From the NCBI GenBank assembly GCA_027031485.1, contig JALVQI010000211.1, positions 559-64,558 on the forward strand: a stretch of 64,000 bases of DNA, in the 5' to 3' direction. This stretch comes from Candidatus Aminicenantes bacterium. GTDB lineage: Bacteria; Acidobacteriota; Aminicenantia; JAMOAD01. Position numbers and translations under genes: made by a program. Shown here in pieces: positions 1 to 7,708 of the stretch. Positions within the stretch are counted from its first letter, which is position 1; each line of letters begins with the position of its first letter. Under the pieces are notes generated by a model, which was not told the DNA's origin, did not search any database, and saw only the letters and a program-made list of their open reading frames with translations.

Positions 1-726
1 CCCCCAAGGATCAACATAACTCACGGGATTGTTCCCGAAAGCTTTATAAAGGTTTAGCCCTCCTGCTATTCCTATTGGATCCTCTGTTATGAACCTTCCT
101 GTGTTGGGATCATAGTATCTGTGGTAATAGTAATAAAGGCCTGATTCGGTGTCGTGGTATTTTGATTGGAAGCCTATGGGGGTGGTGTTTTCACCGGTAT
201 GGTTTATAAGATTTCCGAATACATCATAGGTCCTTTGCTCTTTTATTTCTCCCGTTGAATTGTCTTTTACGACCTTTTCTATTGTCCCCACCTGATCGGT
301 AAAATATATGTATCCTCCCTGATGCATCGGGTTTTGTATGAAACCTCCCCAATCGGTTACCTCGGAGTAGTTCAGATGGCCAAGGTATTCATCTGTTCTA
401 AAGCCTGTAAAGTACTTTATTTTGGGTTGGTTATTTGAATCTAACTCATATGAAACTGCCGTTCCATCGTATAGAAATCTGGTGGTTGTGCCGTTTACTG
501 TTTTTGTAAGTCTTCTTCCGAATATATCATAGCTGTATTCGGCCGTTGTATCCTTCGGGGAACTTTCGGACGGATAGTGTTCGTATTTTATCATTCTGTT
601 TTCAGAATCATAATAAAACTTCTTTGTCTCCGAGGTGAGTCTGTTCTTTATCTGAGTAAGATTTCCGTCTTCATCATATGTATATGAGAACAGATCATCG
701 CTTGTTAATTGTTGGGAGTTTATCAT
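1..726 (-). CDS. RHS repeat-associated core domain protein, 5' part only (C-terminal toxin region lies beyond coordinate 1)
   Basis: Absent from the ORF track because it is edge-truncated. My own minus-strand translation starts at ATG 726, preceded by GGGGGGATTAATAAA. It reads MINSQQLTSDDLFSYTYDEDGN..., contains YD repeats (YSYDIFGRR, YDVFGN) and ends RYYDPNTGRFITEDPIGIAGGLNLYKAFGNNPVSYVDPWG, the canonical Rhs core/cleavage motif. The frame is exact (726 nt = 242 codons). Confidence 0.8.
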   Translation of the reverse strand, partial: MINSQQLTSDDLFSYTYDEDGNLTQIKNRLTSETKKFYYDSENRMIKYEHYPSESSPKDTTAEYSYDIFGRRLTKTVNGTTTRFLYDGTAVSYELDSNNQPKIKYFTGFRTDEYLGHLNYSEVTDWGGFIQNPMHQGGYIYFTDQVGTIEKVVKDNSTGEIKEQRTYDVFGNLINHTGENTTPIGFQSKYHDTESGLYYYYHRYYDPNTGRFITEDPIGIAGGLNLYKAFGNNPVSYVDPWG

Positions 727-1289
727 TTTATTAATCCCCCCGCACCATTTTTTTGAATTGGTAAAACATTGTAAATCCTCTTGTATCCTTTTAAACAATT
801 CAACATTCCCTTTCTTTTATTAAAAATTGGGGCTGGACACGCTCCGACATGCTACCGCCCTTTACCTTTTTTCCAACTTCAACAAATTGTTTATTCATTT
901 TATCTTTTATATTTATATTATTCTTTATCCCTCATTCTAAAATTTATGTATGCTTTGTTCAAAGGCATATCAACAATAAAATCCCTCCAGTTAAGGTAAA
1001 CCTTATAAAATTTTTTGTTGAACACATGATTTAATCCCCCGTTAATAAAAGATTTCTTTTTTATGAAGATTGATACAGGAAAACAAAATTTTATCCTTAA
1101 AAAATAAAATGGTTAACCAGCTTTTGCTTTTTCCGGTTTTCATATTTATTTTCTCCCCCTTCGGATAAAATGATTTAAAATATTAGCAAATCTTTTTTCA
1201 GGGGTCAAATAATTTTCAAAAATAAAAAAATTCGGAATTTACAGTTTGCAGGTTTGTAATAAAGACTTCAGGGTCTTTGCCTGATGAAC

Positions 1290-1324
1290 AGCTCAATGCT
1301 TGAGGCTCAAAGCTCAATGCTACC
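1290..1324. repeat. Five in-register heptads of type NGCTCAA (agctcaa tgcttga ggctcaa agctcaa tgctacc)
   Basis: Read directly from the sequence. The 33-nt core 1289-1321 is 31/33 identical to 19392-19424. Confidence 0.8.
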
Positions 1325-1339
1325 TCCCCGCCCTTTCTC

Positions 1340-1368
1340 TTGACTATTTTGGTAAAAAATACTATCTT
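1340..1368 (+). promoter_or_regulatory. Candidate sigma70-type promoter TTGACT-17-TATCTT upstream of the first pilT-like gene
   Basis: The hexamers and 17-nt spacer were read from the sequence. The SD TAGGAGG lies at 1379-1385 and the ATG at 1392. Confidence 0.35.
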
Positions 1369-1391
1369 AATAGTTAGTATAGGAGGTTAAA

Positions 1392-2531
1392 ATGCATATA
1401 AATGAACTGTTAAAAACAGCGATTGAGAGAGGAGCTTCAGATTTACATTTAAAAGTGGGTAATTATCCTATAGTTAGAATAGATGGAAGATTGCATTTTC
1501 TTACCGAGCTTAAAAGGCTTATGTCAGAGGATACTATTGCCTTAGCTTACTCAATAATGAGTCAAAAGGATAAACAGAGATTTAAAGAGAGAAATGAAAT
1601 TGATCTTGCTTACTCTGTACCGGGACTCGGAAGATTCAGAGTCAGTATCTTTTATCAAAGAAACACAATAGGAATGGTGTTAAGAGTAATTCCCACAAAA
1701 ATTAAATCAATAAAGGAATTAAATCTTCCGATCGTTCTTGAAAAAATTGCAAAAGAGGAGAGAGGGCTTATCCTTGTTACGGGAACAACGGGTTCCGGAA
1801 AATCAACAACTCTTGCTGCAATGGTTGATTATATTAATACATATAAAACAGCAAACATAATTACAATTGAAGATCCCATAGAATTTTTACATAGAGATAA
1901 AAAAAGTATTGTTAATCAGAGGGAAATCGGAATGGATACTTCCTCATTTTCTTCAGCTTTAAGGGCTGCTTTAAGACAGGATCCTGATGTAATTCTTGTG
2001 GGAGAAATGAGAGATCTTGAAACAATAGAGACAGCTCTTTTGGCTGCTGAAACAGGACATCTTGTATTAAGCACACTCCATACCCTTGATGCAATAGAAA
2101 CTATTGACAGAATTGTTGCCATGTTTCCACCATACCATCAGAAACAGGTCAGATTACAGCTCGCAATGGTCCTGAAAGCTGTTATTTCAATGAGACTTGT
2201 TCCCAGAGCTGATAAAAAGGGAAGAGTACCTGCGACAGAGGTGATGGTAAACACTCCGTATATTCAGGATTGTATTATTAATCCTGAAAAGACAAAGTTT
2301 ATTAAAGAGGCAATTCAAAAAGGTGTTTCTCAGTACGGTATGCAGACATTTGATCAATCTCTATATTTTCTGTGGGAGAAAAAGCTTATTACTTATGAAG
2401 AGGCACTCAGATGGGCATCCAATCCTGATGAGTTTAAACTTAAAGTTATGGGAGTTCAGTCTACTCAGGATACTGCTCTTGAGGAGATGGAAAAATTGGT
2501 TACGGGAGGATCAGAAGACATCCATGAATAG
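1392..2531 (+). CDS. PilT/PilU-family type IV pilus retraction ATPase (divergent paralogue)
   Basis: 379 aa. Walker A GTTGSGKST, Asp box DPDVILVGEMRD, His box TLHT, and a strong SD. It has YIQDCIIN where canonical PilT carries AIRNLIRE. Confidence 0.85.
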   Translation: MHINELLKTAIERGASDLHLKVGNYPIVRIDGRLHFLTELKRLMSEDTIALAYSIMSQKDKQRFKERNEIDLAYSVPGLGRFRVSIFYQRNTIGMVLRVIPTKIKSIKELNLPIVLEKIAKEERGLILVTGTTGSGKSTTLAAMVDYINTYKTANIITIEDPIEFLHRDKKSIVNQREIGMDTSSFSSALRAALRQDPDVILVGEMRDLETIETALLAAETGHLVLSTLHTLDAIETIDRIVAMFPPYHQKQVRLQLAMVLKAVISMRLVPRADKKGRVPATEVMVNTPYIQDCIINPEKTKFIKEAIQKGVSQYGMQTFDQSLYFLWEKKLITYEEALRWASNPDEFKLKVMGVQSTQDTALEEMEKLVTGGSEDIHE

Positions 2532-5148
2532 TGGTGATATCAGAGCTGTTTTTTTAAACTATTTTAAGGAAAAAGGTCATAAGATAGTAAAAAGTTCAAG
2601 CCTTGTTCCGGATAAGGACCCCACTCTTTTGTTTACAAATGCCGGGATGAATCAGTTTAAAAATGTATTCTTGGGTATAGAAAAGAGAGATTACAAGAGA
2701 GCCACATCATCGCAAAAGTGTATGAGAGCCGGGGGGAAACACAATGACCTTGAGCAGGTTGGTAAGACGGACAGACACCATACCTTTTTTGAAATGTTGG
2801 GGAATTTTTCATTTGGTGATTACTTTAAGAGAGAGGCTATAGAGTTTGCTTGGGAGCTTTTAACTGAAATTTACAAAATTCCCGCTGAAAAACTTTATAT
2901 AACTATTTTCAAGGAGGATGATGAGGCTTTTAATATCTGGAATAAAGTGATAGGCCTTTCCGAAGATAGAATTATTCGAATGGGAGCAAAGGATAATTTC
3001 TGGGAAATGGGAGATACGGGGCCCTGCGGTCCGTGTACGGAAATTCACTATGACAGGGGTGAAGCTTTCGGAGATTATAGATTGGGCGAACAGGAAGGTG
3101 AAAGATATATTGAAATCTGGAATCTGGTTTTTATGGAATTTCAAAGGGATGAAAAAGGGAGTTTAACACCCCTTCCTTCTCCTTCAATAGACACAGGTAT
3201 GGGACTTGAGCGTCTCGCAAGTATTTTACAAAATGTCCCCAGTAATTTTGAGACAGACCTTTTTATGCCAATCATTAAAAAAATAGAAGAAATCACAGGA
3301 AAGGAGTATGAAGAAAATCATAAAAACAAAGTGGCTATGAGGGTGATTGCGGATCATGTAAGAGCAATTACCTTTTTAATATCAGACGGAGTATTGCCTT
3401 CCAATGAGGGTAGGGGGTATGTCTTGAGAAGAGTTATAAGAAGAGCTTTCAGGTATGGTAAAGATTTGGGTTTGAATAAACCTTTTTTATATGAATTAAC
3501 AGGCACTGTGGTTGATATAATGGGGGATGCTTACCCGGAGATAGTCTCTTCCCATCTTACTGTTGCGAATATATGTAAAGCGGAGGAAGAAAGATTTCAC
3601 AAAACCCTGGATATAGGGTACGGAAAACTTCTTGATCTTGTGGAAAAAGCCAGATCTTCGGGAAAGGATAAGATTGATGGTAAAAATATATTCACTCTAT
3701 ATGATACTTATGGATTTCCTCCTGATCTTGCAAAAGATATTCTTGAAGAGCATGGGATGTATTATGAAAAGAGTGAGTTTGATGCTGAACTGGAAAAACA
3801 GAGGGAGAGGGCGAGAAGCTTCTGGAAAGGTGATGAAAAGATAAAGGAGATAGAAAAATATAAACCTCTTGAGGGTGAAAAGGTAAGGTTTATAGGCTAC
3901 ACTGATTTGGAGGGCGAGAGTGAAGTCATCGGGCTTTTTGATAAGGAAAAGCTAAAGGAGGAGCTTTCCGAAGGAGAAACAGGAGAGATTGTCGCCTCTA
4001 TCACCCCTTTTTACGGAGAAGCCGGCGGACAGGTGGGGGACACAGGCATTATTGAAAATGAAAATTTTTATGCTGAAGTCTTTGATACACAGAAGCCTAC
4101 GGATAATATTATTACTCATAAAGTAAAGGTTAAAAAGGGAAAAATTAAAATAGGCGATAAAGTCTTTTTAAGAGTTGATAAGGATAGAAGATGGGCAATT
4201 AAGAAAAATCATACTACCACTCATCTTTTACACAAAGCTTTGAGAGAGATACTTGGCCCCCATGTTAAACAATCAGGTTCCAAAGTTGCTCCCGATATAC
4301 TCAGGTTTGATTTTACTCATTTTCAATCTCTCTCAATAAATGAGATTGAAATGATAGAAGAGCTTGTAAACAGAAAGATTCAGGAGAATTTGAAAGTTAC
4401 CACTCAAATAATGTCCATTGATGAAGCTGTTAAAACGGGAGCCATGGCTATTTTTGAGGAAAAATACGGAGAAACTGTCAGGGTTGTTTCTGTAGGAGAT
4501 TTTTCAAAAGAACTCTGCGGAGGGACACACCTCGATTATTCAGGTGAAATCGGATTGTTTAAAATTCTATCCGAATCCAGTATATCTGCGGGTGTGAGGA
4601 GGATAGAAGCTGTTACAGGACTTGAGGCTTTAAGGAGAATTCAGAATGTGTATTCTGCCATGGCGGATCTAAAGATGGAGCTCAATACATCCGAAGATAA
4701 AGTTGTGGAGAATATGAAAAAATTAAAAGAGGAAATGAAATTTCTTATAAAGGAAAGGGATGAATTGAGACAGAAATTAATAGCTTCTTCACTAAATGAT
4801 ATTATTGAACAAGCGGATGAAATAAAAGGTAAAAAATTTATTTTTCATAGGGTTGACGGATTGAAGAGGGAGGAGATAAGAACACTTTCTGATAATCTTA
4901 AGAATAAGATAAAGGATGGGGTCGTGGTTCTTTATCAACTTAAAAACGGGAAATTATCACTTGTGTTTTCGGTAACTAAAGAGCTTTCAAAAAAAATAAG
5001 TGCGAAAGAATTGATAAAATTTTCAACCCCAATAATCGGGGGCGGAGGCGGAGGAAGAGATGATTTCGGGGAAGCAGGAGGCTCAAAGCCTGAAAATATA
5101 GAGTTTTTGAAGGATAAGCTTAAAGAGAAGTTGGAGGATGAGATTTAA
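2524..5148 (+). CDS. alaS: Alanine--tRNA ligase
   Basis: The track ORF opens at 2323 inside pilT. The conserved AlaRS N-terminus MNSGDIRAVFLNYFKEKGH starts at ATG 2524, an 8-nt overlap (ATGAATAG) with the pilT stop. Motifs: FTNAGMNQFK, KCMRAGGKHNDLE, FEMLGNFSFGDYF, editing-site HTTTHLLH and CGGTH, and a C-terminal GGGGGG. Confidence 0.95.
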   Translation: MNSGDIRAVFLNYFKEKGHKIVKSSSLVPDKDPTLLFTNAGMNQFKNVFLGIEKRDYKRATSSQKCMRAGGKHNDLEQVGKTDRHHTFFEMLGNFSFGDYFKREAIEFAWELLTEIYKIPAEKLYITIFKEDDEAFNIWNKVIGLSEDRIIRMGAKDNFWEMGDTGPCGPCTEIHYDRGEAFGDYRLGEQEGERYIEIWNLVFMEFQRDEKGSLTPLPSPSIDTGMGLERLASILQNVPSNFETDLFMPIIKKIEEITGKEYEENHKNKVAMRVIADHVRAITFLISDGVLPSNEGRGYVLRRVIRRAFRYGKDLGLNKPFLYELTGTVVDIMGDAYPEIVSSHLTVANICKAEEERFHKTLDIGYGKLLDLVEKARSSGKDKIDGKNIFTLYDTYGFPPDLAKDILEEHGMYYEKSEFDAELEKQRERARSFWKGDEKIKEIEKYKPLEGEKVRFIGYTDLEGESEVIGLFDKEKLKEELSEGETGEIVASITPFYGEAGGQVGDTGIIENENFYAEVFDTQKPTDNIITHKVKVKKGKIKIGDKVFLRVDKDRRWAIKKNHTTTHLLHKALREILGPHVKQSGSKVAPDILRFDFTHFQSLSINEIEMIEELVNRKIQENLKVTTQIMSIDEAVKTGAMAIFEEKYGETVRVVSVGDFSKELCGGTHLDYSGEIGLFKILSESSISAGVRRIEAVTGLEALRRIQNVYSAMADLKMELNTSEDKVVENMKKLKEEMKFLIKERDELRQKLIASSLNDIIEQADEIKGKKFIFHRVDGLKREEIRTLSDNLKNKIKDGVVVLYQLKNGKLSLVFSVTKELSKKISAKELIKFSTPIIGGGGGGRDDFGEAGGSKPENIEFLKDKLKEKLEDEI

Positions 5149-5839
5149 GATTCTTTTGATATTTCTAATTTTTGTTTTTCTTTTTTCAACAATTGGATTT
5201 GCTGATATTTATGTTTATATTACAAAGGATGGACAAAAGGTTATTTCAAACTTTAAACCCTACAATTATCAAAAAATCATAAAAATAATAAAATCAAAGA
5301 AACATTTTTATAAAGGTAATCTGAAGAGCTCTGTCTATAAAGAAAAGATTATCAGAATATCAAATAAGTATGGTGTTGATCCGAAACTTGTCGAATCAAT
5401 AATAAAAGTGGAATCAGATTTTAAGAAAACCGCTGTTTCAAGAAGGGGAGCAAAAGGTTTGATGCAGTTGATGGAGGAAACGGCGAAAGATTACGGAGTT
5501 TCTTCCATTGAAATATTTGATCCCGAAAAAAATCTTACGGCTGGAATAAGACATCTTAAGAAATTGATAAACAAATATGGAATAAACAATCTTGAGAAGG
5601 TCCTTGCCGCTTATAATGCTGGAGAGACAACAGTTGATAGTTATGGTGGGATTCCACCTTACAAAGAAACAATAAATTATATTAAAAAGGTTTTTAAAGA
5701 ATACACAGGGAAATCTCCGTCATTGAAGATTTCTCATTATAGAAGGAGGAGGAGTTGGGGAAAATCCGGAATAAGGTCATACTATGATAAAGACGGAGTT
5801 CTATGTATCACCAATCTTCATTCAAAAGATAGAAACTAA
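5138..5839 (+). CDS. Lytic transglycosylase (SLT domain), secreted
   Basis: N-terminal signal-like helix. SLT motifs ESDFKKTAVSRRGAKGLMQLM and AAYNAGETTV. Confidence 0.8.
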   Translation: MRFKILLIFLIFVFLFSTIGFADIYVYITKDGQKVISNFKPYNYQKIIKIIKSKKHFYKGNLKSSVYKEKIIRISNKYGVDPKLVESIIKVESDFKKTAVSRRGAKGLMQLMEETAKDYGVSSIEIFDPEKNLTAGIRHLKKLINKYGINNLEKVLAAYNAGETTVDSYGGIPPYKETINYIKKVFKEYTGKSPSLKISHYRRRRSWGKSGIRSYYDKDGVLCITNLHSKDRN

Positions 5840-6260
5840 TCTGAAGAAATTTCTTGTTTTTATTTTTTTTATAATAAATATTTTTATCTTCATCCCGATA
5901 TTGAATATAGATAATGGCTTCAGATCCATTGTCTACTATCTTTTCTCATTCGTATGTCACCAATCGGCGGAATTGAGCTTCTGGATTAATGGAAATAAAT
6001 TGGCTGTTTGCTCAAGGTGCACGGGAATTTATCAGAGTTTTTTAATTTTTTCCATTCTGTTTACTCTGAAAAAAACTATTTTTAAAAGAGAAGTATTCTT
6101 CATTATTTTTTCTTTATCTGTTGGTTTCTTTCTTATTTCAAAAATAGTACGGATTTATTTTCCTCTTGAAATCACCAATTTTTTTCGCTGGTTATCAGGG
6201 GTTTTAATTGGTATAATATTTTCCTATTCAATTTATGCGAATGGAGGTAAAAGTGGATAA
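5784..6260 (+). CDS. DUF2085-like membrane protein
   Basis: CHQSAELSF...AVCSRCTGIY pattern flanked by hydrophobic helices. The start is uncertain because ATG 5784 overlaps the upstream gene by 56 nt. Confidence 0.55.
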   Translation: MIKTEFYVSPIFIQKIETNLKKFLVFIFFIINIFIFIPILNIDNGFRSIVYYLFSFVCHQSAELSFWINGNKLAVCSRCTGIYQSFLIFSILFTLKKTIFKREVFFIIFSLSVGFFLISKIVRIYFPLEITNFFRWLSGVLIGIIFSYSIYANGGKSG

Positions 6261-6786
6261 TTTAAACACTAATCCTGAAAGGAGCTCAAAGCTTTTTTTA
6301 GATGCTCCTTTAATCGGCGGAGCCATGATGGCTTTCTTTTCAGTCATACCCCTGCTTGGGCTTTTTAATATTCTCTGTTGTATGTGGCTTGTTGTAGGAG
6401 GAGGAGTTTCATATTTACTTGTGTCAAAAAAGGAGGAATATGTACCCAAAAGTACGGATGGTCTGCTCTACGGAGCATTATCGGGGGTTTTTGGCTGGGT
6501 CTTTTATGTTCTCCTTACCTTTTTAATGCTGGGAATAAAGGCGAAAAAGATAGCACTTATTAAGGAAAGAATGGTCAACATGAATACACCTGAAGCTGAA
6601 AAGATTCTCGAACTTATGGATAGGTTTGGCATTAAGATGATAACTCTATTTGTTAGTCTGGGACTTATAATATTCTTTCTTATTTTTCCCTCCATAGGAG
6701 GAGCAGTAACTCAGGCTCTGGTAAAAAAAGAGAAAAAAATGGATGCGGAAAAGAGTAATCTTCAGCAGAAAAAAGAGGGAAAATGA
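6235..6786 (+). CDS. Hypothetical integral membrane protein
   Basis: 183 aa with four hydrophobic segments and a K/E-rich tail. It sits in a tight co-directional array. I recognised no motif. Confidence 0.45.
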   Translation: MRMEVKVDNLNTNPERSSKLFLDAPLIGGAMMAFFSVIPLLGLFNILCCMWLVVGGGVSYLLVSKKEEYVPKSTDGLLYGALSGVFGWVFYVLLTFLMLGIKAKKIALIKERMVNMNTPEAEKILELMDRFGIKMITLFVSLGLIIFFLIFPSIGGAVTQALVKKEKKMDAEKSNLQQKKEGK

Positions 6787-7700
6787 ACTATAAAACCAAG
6801 GTTATTGTAAATCCTTATTCAGCTTTCGGAAAAACTTACAAGAGGTGGAATCAAATAAAAGAGGTCCTTTATTCAATTTTTAAGGATATCAAGTATGAAT
6901 TTACCGAGGCTCCCGGCCATGCTGTTGAAATTACGAGAGAGTCAATAAAAAAAGGATTTGAACATATTTTAGGGGTCGGTGGGGACGGAACTTTTAATGA
7001 AATAGTGAACGGATACATTGTTAATGATCGACCGCTTAACAAAGAGGCTTTTTTGTCCATTTTTCCTTCAGGCAAAGGAAATGATTTTTTGAGAACAATA
7101 AAAGATCATATGAAATTCAAAAACTGGAAACAGCTATTTAAAGATGACAATAAGAGAAACATTGATGTTGGTAAGATTGAGACGGACAAAGGTGTGTCTT
7201 ACTTTGTGAATGTATCCTCATTTGGTTTTAGCGGTGATGTTGTAAAAAATGTTCTCGAGCTTAGGGAAAAAATAAAATACGGATTTGTTTATTTTTTGGG
7301 TGCTTTAAAAGCTCTTGGCTCTTATGCAGCTCAACCTGTTAAAATAATTGCCGACGGAAATAATATTTTCAGCGGTAATATGATGGTTGGAGCTGTGTGC
7401 AATGGGCGGTATTTTGGTGGTAAGATGAAAGTTGCTCCCGATGCAAGGATTGATGATGGATTATTTGATTTGTTGGTTTTAAAGGAGGTTTCAAAGTTTG
7501 AATTGTTTAAAAAACTAATTAAAATATACAGTGGTTCTCATATAAATGATAGGGAAGTTATGATGATAAGGGCAAAGCAAGTTATTGTAGAACCTTTAAA
7601 AAAAGAGGATAATATTCTTATTGAATATGATGGTGAATTGGGGAAGATATTACCCGTCAAATTTAGCTTGATACCATCGGTTGTTAAAATAAAAGATTAG
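6783..7700 (+). CDS. Diacylglycerol/lipid kinase family protein (YegS/BmrU-like)
   Basis: GVGGDGTFNEIVNG catalytic-domain motif. ATGA start/stop overlap with the upstream gene. Confidence 0.8.
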   Translation: MNYKTKVIVNPYSAFGKTYKRWNQIKEVLYSIFKDIKYEFTEAPGHAVEITRESIKKGFEHILGVGGDGTFNEIVNGYIVNDRPLNKEAFLSIFPSGKGNDFLRTIKDHMKFKNWKQLFKDDNKRNIDVGKIETDKGVSYFVNVSSFGFSGDVVKNVLELREKIKYGFVYFLGALKALGSYAAQPVKIIADGNNIFSGNMMVGAVCNGRYFGGKMKVAPDARIDDGLFDLLVLKEVSKFELFKKLIKIYSGSHINDREVMMIRAKQVIVEPLKKEDNILIEYDGELGKILPVKFSLIPSVVKIKD

Positions 7701-7708
7701 GAGTAAAG

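Noticed and set aside
781-1034. Two overlapping plus-strand ORFs (72 and 61 aa) between the Rhs gene and the pilT-like gene
   Set aside because: One uses a TTG start. Neither has an SD. The low-complexity F/L/Y-rich products are typical of AT-rich non-coding DNA. I recognised no motif.
959-1143. Minus-strand mini-ORFs (22 and 33 codons) with Rhs-like SD contexts
   Set aside because: They are too short and featureless to call as genes. I mention them only as possible cassette remnants in the Rhs finding.
2323-2523. N-terminal 67-codon extension of the alaS ORF in the six-frame track
   Set aside because: It lies entirely inside the pilT-like gene in another frame. The conserved AlaRS N-terminus starts at ATG 2524.
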